From Octopus vulgaris (Eukaryota): 64,000 nucleotides of DNA. A program made the translations under genes and the position numbers. A model generated the notes under the pieces. It was given only the letters and a program-made list of their open reading frames with translations, did not search any database and was not told where the DNA came from. This document shows positions 11,449 through 25,099 of this stretch, piece after piece (within the stretch, counting starts at the first letter, position 1; each line of letters starts with the position of its first letter). Location: assembly GCA_951406725.2 (NCBI GenBank), contig OX597821.1, forward strand, positions 81,406,001 through 81,470,000, in the 5' to 3' direction.

Positions 11449-13317
11449 CTGAAATAGAAAGAAAAAGATTTAGCATCTCAAAGGATATCTCTTTTGTGTT
11501 TGTATCCTACCCACACTGGTCCTAAATCCTAACTGATAAAATATTTCCCATCTTCAGTGAATCTATTCTTTTTGTGTCTGTCATCCTTCTATGGACTCCT
11601 TGTAACCAAAATGTAAATCTCAATATTTTAAAATGTCACATCATACACTAAATGGTAAACTTTCAAGTTGATTGATTAGACAGAGCTACTCCAGTGAGTG
11701 ATGGAGATTATTCTCTTAGTCAACATTCTCTACACCACTAAACCCTGACTGACCATTCTCAGAATATACTTCAATCTTGATCAGTAGCTGACTTCCTATA
11801 AACCTTAAATAAGATGCATATTGCAATAATTGTCACATATCTGTGACACTGTTGCAGCATGATACATAGGTATTCTAGAGAATAACTGAAAGATGACCAT
11901 TTAAATTGGTTAAAAACGCCTTCCCTATAACACTAACCACTGGCTTACACACTCTTTCTTCTCTTAGATGCTACTTCAAAAACCTCTTCTCCTCTGACAA
12001 AGTTAGCTGTACACAACTCCACTCAGGCCCACTAAACATATCCATCTCCCCTTCTCTCATCATCCCTGCTATATCTCATTCCTGATCACATACCAAACCC
12101 TCTTTCCCAATACTTCCTTTTCAAAACCACTACCCACTGGAATTATCTCCAATAAATATCAACCTCCAAGATCCTTAAACTCAATATCAACCTCATTGAC
12201 TTCACTAATCTGAAGGGACCAACTCAAAGTTATGAGCACTGTTCCTTTCCCTCTGAGATGTTAAAAAGAATTTTAACTAGCTCTACTGATGTAGTCTACA
12301 ATACACGGAGGAAGTTCATCACTGTTATCAATTAAGACACATTCATACACAACTAGAACTTACACAATTCAGACTGGCCGCCTTGACTGGCTTCTGTGCT
12401 GGTGGCACATAAAAAGCACCAACCGATCGTGGCTGTTGCCAGCCTCCTCTGGCCCCTGTGCCAGTGGCACGTAAAAAGAACCCACTACACTCACAGAGTG
12501 GTTGGCGTTAGGAAGGGCATCCAGCTGTAGAAACACTGCCAGATCAGACTGAAGCCTGGTGCAGCCTCCTGGCTTCCCAGACCCCAGTCGAACCATCCAA
12601 TCCATGCTAGCATGGAAAGCGGATGTTAAACGATGATGATGATAAAAGATGTCTTTGTGTGAAATTAATGCTTCCAGTTATGGTTATGCATTAGTGAAAT
12701 TACAACTAGCTGGAACTTGTAAGTTTCAATCCTTCAAAGGAACTATTGAGCCATTCCAGTAAACAAAATTTATTAAGAGCAACAGAAATACGAGAGATAT
12801 AAATTTCATATATTTAAAAAGTAAAATCTTGGTCTTATGAAGTGATGTAGAAGTCTTTTTGTACTTCTGTGGTTTGGTCACTGAGGCAACCGTATCTGTT
12901 GGAAATCAGTTACTGACGAGTTTTTATAAACCTTAGTAGTTTTCATTCTTTCTGATCAAGTCAAAGAGAGAGTATCTACATGGTCACTGAACCTGCTAGA
13001 CATAGCAGCCAAATCTTCCTCAGATTAGATAATGCTCTCTTAAGAAAAGGAAACACACATTGGATGATGCATTCCTAGTTAAATTATCTTGGAGAAATTG
13101 AGAGGATTTCAGCTGAACAGGAACAATAACAACATTAACTGATATTTTTAATGCCCAGTTACTCATGAAACACAGAAAAATACTAACCTTATATTACAAT
13201 AAGTTAAGGTAGTGAAACATCAAACTCATTCAATCTTTTCAATATTATAGAATTCAAATCAACTCATCACTTTAGATTTTTCTCACCCAAAGCATTGTTT
13301 AAAGTTCACATACTGAC

Positions 13318-13429
13318 CTCTCCTGGTTTGTAAAGTGTGTAATCATCTTGAAAGAAGGACAGCTGTCGGCAAACTGACTCAAGATATGAGGCATCAATAA
13401 GTGCTTGACCAATTGCAACAGCTTGAACT
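13318..13429 (-). CDS. PIKFYVE: PIKfyve coding exon 8, DEP domain C-part (QAVAIGQALIDASYLESV..FQDDYTLY)
   Basis: DEP C-terminal motifs; ctctttcag| and |gtcagt; 112 nt, phase 2-0. Confidence 0.96.
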
Positions 13430-14095
13430 CTGAAAGAGAAAATAAATTACATTCAGATATGAAATAGGATTGGACAGTTAACCCTCTAGTCCATACTTAC
13501 TAACTTTAAAATAATTGTATTTTAGTTGAAAGCTGAAGAAAGCCACAGTTAATGTGATTCCGTTTCAGACAAACAAATACAAATAAAATGTTAATTAGTG
13601 TGCTGATTTAATTACAATAATAGTTGCAGTTTGAAAGGAAATGCGAAAGAGAAAAAAGACCCTGAAAATACAGTCACTGACATGACTGTATGGTTAAGAA
13701 AGTTACTCTGTAATGACATAATTTTGGGTTCAGTTCCATTGCACGGCACCTTGGGCAAGTGCCATCCACTATAGCCCTGGGCCAAACGAGGTCTTGTGAA
13801 TGTGTGTGTGTGTGTCTTTGTGTATGTCTCCTATCACCACTGCTTGACAACTGGTGTTTGCTTTGTTTACATCTCTATAACATGGCAGTTCAGCAAAAGG
13901 AACTGATAGAATAAGTACTAGACATAAAAAAAAATAAGAACTGAAACTGATTTGTTCAATTAAACCCATCAAGGGTGGTGCTCCAGCATGGCCACAATCT
14001 AATGACTGAAACAAGCATCAGATAAAAGCCTATGCTAAGATTTATGCCAGAACGGTAATCCTCTAAGTACGAACACAATAAGAAAATATATTCAC

Positions 14096-14253
14096 CGTTT
14101 TGCAGCCTTTCCATTCCTCAGAAGCCATTCGACCAGTTCTTTTCCGGTCACACAATGTTGGTAGGTCTTTAAACGAAATCGGTGACTCTGCATTTCAACA
14201 CCATCTTTGGGATGTTGAATGTGACGCCAAAGTTCCCGTAACTGCAGAGAATT
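14096..14253 (-). CDS. PIKFYVE: PIKfyve coding exon 7, DEP domain N-part (LRELW...HRFRLKTYQHCVTGKELVEWL)
   Basis: DEP signature C-x-x-G-x-E-L-V-x-W-L; tttgtag| and |gtgaat; 158 nt, phase 0-2. Confidence 0.96.
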
Positions 14254-14669
14254 CTACAAAAAAAGGCAAATAGAAAAACAGTATTTAAACCTTGAACTGT
14301 TTATTGAGCTTTAATGATTATTGCCAGTTCACTTGTGCAATTTTGATACACCCTCCTTCAGTTGCTTAGAATATCTTGTCTAATTTAGTTCCATGGATTA
14401 TATAGAATAAAGAATTCTCTTTTCATTTGCAGTCTTTAGAAAATAAAGAAAAGAAGAAGAGACTTAAATCTGAAAATAACATTGGGATCTTTAGCATGAC
14501 TAAGTGCTGTTTGATAAATAAATAAAACTCAGAGTTCAAACAAAATATTAGTAATTTGCATTGACAAAAATAATTTAATAAAGTTTGGAAGTTTGAATGA
14601 GTTTGTATGCAGATATAGAAGCTTAATCTAATTTGTGGAATTGATGGGGGGAAAAAGAAGAAGAGTTAC

Positions 14670-14796
14670 CTGTATTAGTTTCTTACTTTCATTTGCAATA
14701 TTTTCAATACTAGCAAATTCTGGTTGATGAGTGAGGTCAAAAGGTGCCGATACCTTATTTGACTCACCATTGGTAATATCTGGAGAACTGTGAGAC
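14670..14796 (-). CDS. PIKFYVE: PIKfyve coding exon 6 (SHSSPDIT...KKLIQ)
   Basis: ttttttag| and |gtaact; 127 nt, phase 2-0, frame-compatible on both sides. Confidence 0.88.
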
Positions 14797-15029
14797 CTAA
14801 AAAAAAAGTTAAATAATAATATCATTAATGATTTTTTTTATATTGGCATACATAGGAAATTTTCTTTTAGAAATGAAGACAATAGTAACAAACAGTAGAG
14901 GTGAGGTAAGAAAAATCATGGTATTCATGCCTTTCTCAACAGCATTAACATAACTTTACTGTTTTTATGGCTGATAGTCAAACCTTCTTCAATACAGAAG
15001 CTTCCCGGTTTGTTTTTGTGTAAGAGTAA

Positions 15030-15880
15030 CATAATTATGCCAGTTATGCTCTGTGGTGCAGAAACTGGGACATTGTACAGAGAAATGAAAACAGATGATA
15101 GATGCCTTTGAAGTGTGAATCTTTCACAGACTGAGCAGAAAAAGCTGGAAAGACAGGATAACAAATGCTGCAGTACTAGAACAGCTGAAAGTCCCAAGAC
15201 ACTTATTGTTAAGAATCAAGTCCACAAAGCTATCATCATATTTTGGACATACAATGCAATACAAGCCATTGCCCAAGACTGTTCTGATAAGTAATGGAGG
15301 AGAAAAGAATATGAGGCTACAAGAGACACTTGTGGACCAATGACATAAAAAAATGGACTGAAAACAAGAGCCTGGCTGATAATATTCATGTAGCACAATT
15401 CAGAGAAAACTGGAGAGTCTTAGAAAGCTGACCCTTGGACACAGAGATGACACCTGGGAGATGGATGATGAGTCAAAGCTAACTTTTCCATTATGCACCT
15501 TTACTGTATATGAGATAGGTATTTCAAATTTTTTTGCTATTCCAATATATTTATCAATATATATAAATTCTGTTCTTGAATTCAAGACCTGGGAGAGGAA
15601 GACCTTCCCCTTAGGGAAACTTATAATATGGTACAATAAAATCCAAGAGGAACTCACACTTTAATGAAACTAACAGCCAACATTACACTTCAAACCCTGA
15701 CCTTGGAACCCACAAGAGAGGCAGAAGAGAGAGAATGCCCTAAAAATAACTGGAGGTAGGATTCTGAAGCAGAGCTGAAAAACAGGGATCTAATTGGAGG
15801 GAAGCAGAAAAGACAATTCAGAACTGGGAACAGTGGAAAAAACATTGATGGTCAATGCTCCACAGGGAATGAAGGCTTTG
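15030..15880 (+). mobile_element. Decayed RTE-type LINE fragments (post-RT region)
   Basis: IMPVMLCGAET..DAFE..SWKDRITNAAVL..YFGH-like and WNPQ..R..PKNNWR motifs, with frameshifts. Confidence 0.6.
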
Positions 15881-17065
15881 AGTAAAACTTCACAAACTCT
15901 CAGAGATGAGAAAAAAATCTGACTTTTTCTTTTTTTAAATGTTGGTTTATAAACTCATGAAAAATAATCTTTGGATGGTTAACCTCTGATTTACTGATTT
16001 TTAATAGAACAACATTTTAAATGGTTTAGTCTCTGCTCAACATCAAATACCCAGTAAGTACACATGTGCCCAAGCTGAAATTGAACTCACTAATTATTAA
16101 ATACAGAATTGCCAGCAGGGAAACTGGATGTTAAATGATGATGGAAGGTCCAAAATTCTTATTCACCATGTTATAGAAAGCTTAACAGTAATTTTCTAAA
16201 AAATTAATGAGAAAAACTATGACAGTATAGCTTAACAAGGGATTCTAGAGACTAGAGAGATACACTAACTACAATGGCTTCCTTAATTTTTTTTTCAACC
16301 ATTTCTTTAAAATATAGTTTCCAAACATAACAAAATCCAAGTTCATTCCAAGCATCAAACTGCCCATGATGTAACTGAGTTGTGCACTATTAATGAACTG
16401 AAAGTTTATATCTACTACATTTGCTATGTGCATTTTGTTGTGTCTCTGGCCAAGACTTATTCCTTCTTGTCATACTTCTCTGGAAATATATAACAATAGA
16501 TGAGTGTTCTATCTATAAACTAGTGTTGCTCTCCCCTACTTAATGCTACAGAAAAGGGAGTTAAGAAATAACCCTTTGAAACTTCTGCCCATTTTTTTTT
16601 TATTGGATTGGTCTGGAAGGAGTTGTGCCCATGGCATTTGCAGGCCCTATATTACTGGTAAGGTAAATGCAATTAATGTCTCTCTTGAACAACTCCAAGT
16701 CATTAATTGCAGGTAAAAACACACAGAAGGAGGGAATGCCAGACAACCAATGTTCTGAGACAGGAGTAATGCAGTGGTTACTGTAGGAGGTGGGAAGGTG
16801 GCTACAGTATAGGTGATGGTAGACAAGTGAGTCAGGAATATCTTAACAGAGGTGACAGAAGAAGAACCAGCTCTAAATGGCAGAAGTCATTTTAGTAGCA
16901 ATAGAAAAGAGATTTGTGGGGGGTTAGAGGCTGAAGTGTGTTTGTGAGTGAATTCATGTCAGTTTGTTGGATAATCTTTCTTTTGGATGCAGCCAAGGGG
17001 TGAGTGTGTCTAACATCAAAACAGTCTCACAACTATGAGTTCACTCTTTTAATTAAATAACTTAC

Positions 17066-17309
17066 CGGCCATGAGGAATTTGTTCATCCATAATTGAACT
17101 AGTGTACCTCTTCTGAAGAACAGGGGTCCACCAGCCACTATCTTTACCACCTGATCCACTATTGGCAGGTGGTAAGCTCTCCCCACTCTGAAGTGGATTC
17201 AAATTCTTCAAGTCATCTTTGAAATTCTGAAGGTCTCCAGAAGTGCTACCTTGTTGTTTTGTATATGTTGTAACTGCACGACAACAATACTCACACACAC
17301 GCACACCAC
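17066..17309 (-). CDS. PIKFYVE: PIKfyve coding exon 5, end of FYVE (RVCEYC) plus linker
   Basis: RVCxxC motif; tttgtag| and |gtaagt; 244 nt, phase 1-2. Confidence 0.95.
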
Positions 17310-18954
17310 CTACAAAAACAAACAAACAAAGAAAGCAATAAATATATAGTCATTATTTATGTCAGGAAAAAGGGGAAGAGGATTAGCCGAATCAGTCGTA
17401 GTGATGGGCAAAATACCTTGCAGCCAATCAAATTCTAACGAGGTCAAATTTGCCTTTTCTCCCTCAGGGATTTGATTATATAAGTACCAGTACTTTCATC
17501 TTTCAATCAACTTTACTCCATCCAGATAAATTTGGGACTTTATGCCTATGTTGAAAATCACTGTCATATTTTAGTGCTGTTGACACTACTGGATTGAATG
17601 GTACTGCCCAGGTGTCGAAACCATAGTGATATCCACAGCTTATGATGGAGGTACGTTGGATTGTTGGTATGGCTGTTATTGTGTATGCGGAATAGTTTTA
17701 TAAGACATCCATTTGATACAATATAAATCTGAAGAATAAACAATGCATCAGACAAATAATTCCTTACAATATTTGTTCTGGTACTCTATGTTCTGAGTTC
17801 AAATCCCAGAGAGGCCAACTTTGCTTTTCATCCTCCTGGAAATCAGTGAAATATAATACCTGTCCAGGGTGGTGGATTTGAGGAATTGTTAGAGTGTTGG
17901 ACAAATTTACAATATTTGGTGCCAGTGCTATGTAAAAAGCAATTAGTTCACTCTATAAAATGGCTAGTGTTAGGAAGGGCATTTAGCCATGGTTACCATG
18001 CCAAAACAGACAACTAGAACCACAAAATTACTATGATTATCACATAGCTCTTGTCAAGAAAGTCACCAGGACTCATTCATCAACCTGACAGTGTAAAAAG
18101 AATGACAAATCTTTATTATGTTATATTCAACTGAGCAGCCTTTCTCAAATCACTGGTTCATGAAATAAGACTGGGCTCTAACACTGGTTGGATAGTTTCA
18201 ATAAAGTTTCATTGATTATAATCTAATCAAACAAATATCTGATGTTCACCAAGATTACTACAGGCAATTGAGATGGTGGACTCAGCATAATTTATTGATT
18301 TACTAAGTTACTCATTTTATCTTGTTATTAGAACAACACATGTCTTGGCACCCATTATGGGAAGATAAAAAAAGATCCAAATAAGATCATGATAACTAAG
18401 TTGCATAGGAGCTAAGATTCAATCGGAAGTCCATATACTATAAGTTGAAATTTTCCAACAGACTGTCTATCTCTCATGATGGAATGGCTTAGCTCAAATA
18501 AATGCTTCTAACCATAAAATACTTGATTCAAAACATGTCTAACCTATTCTAGAATGGTGACACGACAATGAATATCATAGTTTTGTTCTGAGTATTTCAC
18601 CAACAGAACAATATGAATAAACATCAAAGGAAACTAGAGTACATGCCAAATTCATTAAATTCAATGCCTACATATATCACTTGTTCAATAGTATTATTGC
18701 ATTTCACTGTTCGAACAACAGCTGGCAAGCAACTCAAAAGTGACACCGTAATTGAATTCTATCCTCTGAATACTAAAGCCTCAGACATCTACTAAATCTT
18801 AACAACGGCTGTTAACTACATAAAGCCTGACATATTTAAAGAAAGAAAGCATTAACCTAGGGAGACTCATACTCAAATGTTTCATGACAAAAGTGATAAG
18901 AAAAATGGCTACTTGATAATGAGGAATGATGATTACAGTGAAAACCTGTTTTAC

Positions 18955-19129
18955 CTCTGTGGCCCATGATCTTTCCTGGTAATTCTTGATTACAGCATTT
19001 GCTGCAAAAGATCTGGCCACAAATCCGGCAGTGGTGGCGCCTTCTTAATGTGGTAAATTTATCCCCACAATCATAGCACTCCCTACAGCTGCTGTCAGGC
19101 ATCCAATATTGCTTAAAATCACTTTCTTT
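18955..19129 (-). CDS. PIKFYVE: PIKfyve coding exon 4, FYVE domain (KQYWMPD..CRECYDC..RRRHHCRICGQIFCSKC)
   Basis: Canonical WxxD and RRHHCR FYVE motifs; ttgcag| and |gtaaaa; 175 nt, phase 0-1. Confidence 0.97.
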
Positions 19130-19860
19130 CTGCAAAAAATATCAAATAAACAATATTAACCCTAAAATATTACAGTTCAATATCAACATCATCATCATAT
19201 ATGTGTGTGTGTGTGTGTGTGACTATATTGTGACAACTTTCAGTTGCTGATGAGTAATTTTAGTAATTGTCATCATCATCGTCATCACTTAAAATCTGCT
19301 TTCCATGCTGGCATGGATTAGCTAGAAAAATATTCAACCCTTTTGCATTCAGGTTTCTTTGTCAAATGCATGGCTTATTTATTCATTGCTTTGAATTAAT
19401 CATACATTATCTTGTAGCTTCAAGATTTCAACGGTGTGTTTGTATATTTTTAGAATGACATTGAAGGGTAGGTGTGAGGGGTCGGATTTGGTCAATTTTA
19501 ACACAAAACTAGCTGGTGCCCTTCACTCCACACAGAGTGGAAGGAATTAAGAAGAAGAACAGTGCAAATTGAAGTAAGCTATTACGGATGTACTTAATTA
19601 ATTAGTCTTGATAATTGTAATGTAACACAAGGTAAAGCATAGCAATACTTTTAATTATTGATTCATAACAAAGTGAAAGTGTTGTAGTCAGAAATCCAAA
19701 ATGATAAAAATGCTTGAAGACATGATCCATGACCTGCACATCTTTATATCCAATCCACTTGCCATGTGTATACAGACATATATATATATATATATATAGA
19801 CGTATATATGCCCAAATGGAACAAAACAGTTATAAGATGTCACATTAGAAAATGACTTAC

Positions 19861-19997
19861 TGAGCTTCCTCTATCTAAAATACTGCTAATGCGACTAAGA
19901 ACACTTGTCAGACTTCGACGTTGAGGGTTCATCGGGCTATCAGGGTGTTTTGTCTGCAGCTCAGCATCCTCGGAGACACTGCTTTCTTCCTCAGTCT
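19861..19997 (-). CDS. PIKFYVE: PIKfyve coding exon 3 (ETEEESS...QRRSLTSVLSRISSILDRGSS)
   Basis: Acceptor ttgcag|, donor |gtaagt; 137 nt, phase 1-0; helix preceding FYVE resembles other PIKfyve proteins. Confidence 0.9.
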
Positions 19998-20082
19998 CTG
20001 CAATATCAAAGGGAAAAACCATGTAATGATACAATTTCATAAACTCATTATATTTCTAGAACACAAATGTAAAAGTAAATAA

Positions 20083-20448
20083 AAACAAGAGCACTCAGAG
20101 AGCACAAATCTCCGCCAAGGCAACACAAATGTCCCCTCAACGATTAGCCAGAGATGATTTTTAAAATGAGAAAATCTGAAATAAACTTGACTGTTCTCAC
20201 AAACAAGAATACTAAAAATGAACCCGACCACTCTCATAGATTAAGTAAAAAAGCCCGAAAAATAATACAGAATCCCTGTCCGGTACTGGATTGATCCCAA
20301 AATCTTATCAGTTTATGCCAGTCATGAGGCCAAACCTCCCGGAAAGTTTCATCCGAATCCATCAAGCGGTTCTTGAGATATTTTGTCCACAGACAAACAA
20401 ACACGAATGAAAACAATACCTCTGCCTTAGCGAAGGCAGAGGTAATAA
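20083..20448 (-). mobile_element. Helentron-associated non-autonomous element (HINE/DINE-1-like); inverted copy at 43493-43860
   Basis: 5' palindrome acctc(c/t)gcc..ggc(a/g)gaggt, subterminal ggcagaggt, terminal hairpin gcactctctg(a/g)gtgc followed by T-run. Confidence 0.7.
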
Positions 20449-21126
20449 TTGCAAATATACACAATGTGGAAAGACAAAAGTAATCAAAAGGTTGTTGTCA
20501 CTATATTAGGTAAGAGATCAATAGATACATACATAATAAGCTGGAATAGAGATAACTCTGCAATATTTAAAGCTAACCAATGGTGATGGTCACAATAATA
20601 AATTATTAAGTCAACAGGAAAAATCAAAGGAATAGTATGTTGGTTTCAAATTTTTGGCACAAGGCCAGCAATTTCAGGGAAGAGAGCAAATCAATTACAG
20701 TGACCCCCAGTGCTCAACTGGTACTTATTTTATCAAACCAGAAAGGATGAAAGGCAAAGTTGACCTCAACAGAATTTGAACTCAAAATGTAAAGATGGAT
20801 GACATGCTGCTAAGCAATTTGTCTGGTATGCTAACAATTCTGCCAGCTTGCCTACTTAAAATGAACAGTATATTGTCATCGTTTTAATGTCCACTTTTAC
20901 TTGTTAGCACGGATTGGACAGAATCCGTTAAGACAGTTTTTTTTTTTTTTTTTTTTTTCACAGTTGGATGCCCTTTCTCTCACAACCCTCAGCTGCTTCA
21001 AACAAGTTAATACTTCTCCGAGACCAGATGTTGCAAAAGATTGGAAATAAACAACACAACTTGTATGACAGTGATACTCGTTTGCAGCTACCATGCGATA
21101 TGAAGACAAGGAGACACAAATACACA

Positions 21127-21158
<32 letters not shown>

Positions 21159-23144
21159 TACAATGAGCTTCTTTCAGTTTCTTATTTCTTTACTGCCCAC
21201 AAGGGGCTACACACAGAGGGGGCAAACAAGGACAGACAAATGGATTAAGTCGATTATATTGACCCCAGTGCATAACTGGTACTTATTTAATTGACCCCGA
21301 AAGGATGAAAGGCAAAGTCGACCTCGGCAGAATTTGAACTCAGAATGTAGTGGCAGACGAAATACCGCTAAGCATTTCGCCCAGTGTGCTAATGTTTCTG
21401 TCAGCTCACCGATTCTTTCCGTTTCTACATACCAAATCCATTCACAAAACTTTGGTCAGTTGGAAAGAAAACTTCTTACTCTCATAGCCATATCTGCACC
21501 TATAGTCATACTTTTCAACAAAACAAAAATATAAAAGAGAGTAACTTCAAAACTAAAGAACATCACAGCATTAATACTAAATAAAGAGTAACAACTGCCT
21601 GAATCACTATATCTCTATTGTAATTCTCTAAAGAATTGACAGTTTGTAGTTTGTCCTTGGTTTTATCACTGTATCTGGTAAAGGCACTTACTATGTGATG
21701 TATTTGAACTCTACTTGAAAATAGGTGGTATTAAGAAGTGAAGTACAGTTCACTACTGTATGTAGATATTTTGGAGAAGTACAAATTATGGTTATAAATA
21801 AGAGTCATTGAAGACTGAAGACAAAATTACTGCTGTAAGTAGGTACTTTTTTTACAAAGTACATTCATTGCTGTAAGCAGTGTATAAACTCTTAATACTT
21901 TCATGTTCAACTTTGCTTTAAGATAAATTAAGGTCATCATACTTCAAACCAGCAGGGAAAAAAAAGTAATTAATTAATAGGACAATAGATTTTCTGTAGA
22001 CTTACACTTTCCTCTCTGTTAAAACTCATAAAAATTGAGTTTTAAAAGAAGAGATACTCAAGACCAGCTAAACGAAATTCAGTTTTAATTATTTTTGCTA
22101 TTACAGTAAATAAAATGAATGACGAAGCTACTTCAAACAATGGACAATGATTTATGTATTTTAAATTAGTGAGGTCATTGCCCCAGATTTCATTGTCATC
22201 ATCATTTAATATCCGCTTTTCTATTGCAAATGGATTAAGTCGATTATATCGACCCCAGTGCGTAACTGGTACTTATTTAATTGACCCCGAAAGGATGAAA
22301 GGCAAAGTCAACCTCGGCAGAATTTGAACTCAGAAAGTAGTGGCAGATGAAATACCCTTCCAATTGCAAAGCCACACCTGTTTCCAAGCAAGGTTAATAT
22401 TTCCCAAAAGCCAAACAGGTTTTTCATGGAAGACTGAAAATAAACAACACTGCTTGTAGGATGACGATGCTCATTTATAACCATCATGTGATGTTGAGGC
22501 AAAATTGCACATCAACATACACACAGAACAGGCCTCTTTCAGTTTCTGCCTACAAAATCCACTCACAAGCCATTGGTTGGCCTGGGGGTGGAGATATAGC
22601 AGAAGACAGTTGCCTAAGATACTACCCAGTAGGATTGGCACAAGATCACATGATTGGAAAGCAAATTTCTTAACCACACAGTCATGCCTGCACCTATTTG
22701 TGAGTTCAAATCTCAATAGTGCAGTGACTGATTTTTCTCTTGCTGAGGTCGATGATGATAGGACCAACCCAATTGATTGCATTCCACGACTTTATAAATA
22801 TAAGGTCCTTTGCTTAATCTATTTTATTATTTTCATGTAGAAATAAGGCAGGGAGCTCATAGAATCATTAGCAAACGAGGCAAAATGTTTAGCAGCATTT
22901 CGTCTGTCTTTATGCTCTGAGTTCAAATTCTGCTGAGGTTGACTTTGCCTTTCATCTTTTCAAAGTCAATAAAATAAGAGCCAGTTGATTACTGGGGTCG
23001 AAGTAATTGACTTACTCAAAACTGCTGGTTTTGTTCCAAAATTTGAAATCATTACTTTCATACAGAGAATGAATAAGAGTCACACAGAGAGAACCAAAAG
23101 ATGAGAAGTGCCACAAAGGATTAGTAAAGTAAAAGTTTTCTCAC

Positions 23145-23270
23145 CAGGTGATGAAGTATTGCTTTCCGTCTTGAGCGGGCATTGTTTAACGGCTGAAACA
23201 TTCTCCACTGCTGTTTCTTCTGATGGTTCATTGGCTGGAGATGGTGAATTACTTTGTGCATCTGGAACAT
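23145..23270 (-). CDS. PIKFYVE: PIKfyve coding exon 2 (Ser/Pro-rich linker, DVPDAQSNSPSP...TSSP)
   Basis: Acceptor atcactctag|, donor |gtgaga; 126 nt, phase 1-1, open frame. Confidence 0.8.
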
Positions 23271-25099
23271 CTAGAGTGATGAGAAAGAAAAAAGTGAATA
23301 TCTAATTTACAAGTATGCCAACATTTGTAAACATTCATCTATCTATAGATTTCTCTCCAACCATTATTCCCCTATCCATTTATATGGGTGTGTCTGTCTA
23401 TGTGCCTCTAACTTCTAGTTATAGATTATTTTACATAAAAAGAACTTATTTCCTTCATCATCATCATCACTATTTAATGTCTGCTTGCCAGGCTGGTATG
23501 GTTTGGGTGGTTCAGCAGGAGCTGACAAGCCAGAGGACAGCGCCAAGCTCCAATGTCTGCTTCGGCATGGTTTCTACAGCTGAATGCCATTCCTAATGCT
23601 AATCACTTTACAGATTGTACAAAGTGGCACCAGCACCAGTGAGGTCACCAAGTAACTCACAAGACAAGACCTCTCAACTGAGATGGGTGTAATACTGAGA
23701 GAGGTGGTAAAGAGAGGTTAAAGTTTGACAGAGGGATAGAAACAGGTGTCTTGCTATAGAAGAGCCCTGAAATAAATGGAAAATATAAAACTTTCATATT
23801 GATATTTTGTAATTGTTTACTACTCATACAAGTGACACTGGCCAAATCATATTAAATTGAGAATTCATATTGAGCAACTGTCTATAGTTGAACATGGAAT
23901 AGTTGAGCACAAGCATAGCTCTGTGGATATGAAGCTTGTTTTGTTACCATATGATCTTGAGTATTGGGTTGACCAATACATTGATAGATGGAATCTGAGT
24001 GCATGGAAACCCATCATATACATATAGAGGTGTGTGTGTGTGTGTGTGTGTGTGCATGCTCGTATCTATGTCTGTTTACACTCATATGAAAGTATTGAGG
24101 TAAAAAAAAAGAAAATCAGTGATGTCTTGTAACATTTCCAACCCAAACGATTATCCCCTAGCTCTACGCTTTCAAAAATAAGAAGCATAAATAATCCCTC
24201 ACTAGAAAAATAGGTAAGGGTCAGTGACAGAAAGGACTGCCAACTATAAAACAATGCCTTGCTGCGTATTCATCCAACCCAAGCCAGGATGAAAAAAGAA
24301 AAAAAAAATCAGGCATAATAAAATGAGTTGGACAAACAAACAAAACATTCAAATTGTTTCCAGATGGCAAGAATGGTTTCTGTTTCCTGAGCAATAAATA
24401 AAGCAATTTTTACTACGTAATATTCAGAACACAGTAATAGGATATCATAGCATTTAGATTAGTGACATACTTAAAGACAGTCAAAGAGTTACAATGTTTA
24501 GAGGACAAAATTTAAAAAAATGAAAGTCAACCAACTCTTATGCCACTTGGTAGGGCCACAACTGAGAATTTTAAGTAGTTTCAGCATACAACAAAAACAT
24601 AAAATAAAAAACACAACAAAAGAAAGCTTTTTCATCGGTCAATGCTGGAAGCAAGTTAATGGAAATTTTTTTAAATATATTTTACAAATAAATATAATAC
24701 ATATACACATCCTCCTCCTCATTATCATCATTATCATCATCATAATTTAACGTCCATTTTCCATGTGACGTGGACTGGACAGTCTGACAGGAGCTGGCAA
24801 AGTGGAGAGTTGCATCAGGCTCCAATTGTCTGTCTCAGCATTGGTTTCTATGGTTACTATGGCTAGATGGCTTCCTAATGCCAACCACTTTAAAGAGTGT
24901 ACTGGGTGCTTTTTATGTGGAACCAGCAAGGCACCAGCACCACCTCCCAAGGCGCTAGCACAAGTGGTTTTTATATGGCACCAGCAGGTTTACCAAGTGG
25001 CTTACAAGATAAAGACCTCTCAGCTGAAAGAGGGAGTGTAACTGAGAGAAGTGACTGTGTGCTGGGCAAGAGGTTAGAGTATGATAGAGAGAAAATCAG

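Noticed and set aside
19130-19860. Possible micro-exon before FYVE
   Set aside because: Flanking exons already join in frame, and I found no supported AG/GT-bounded candidate by eye
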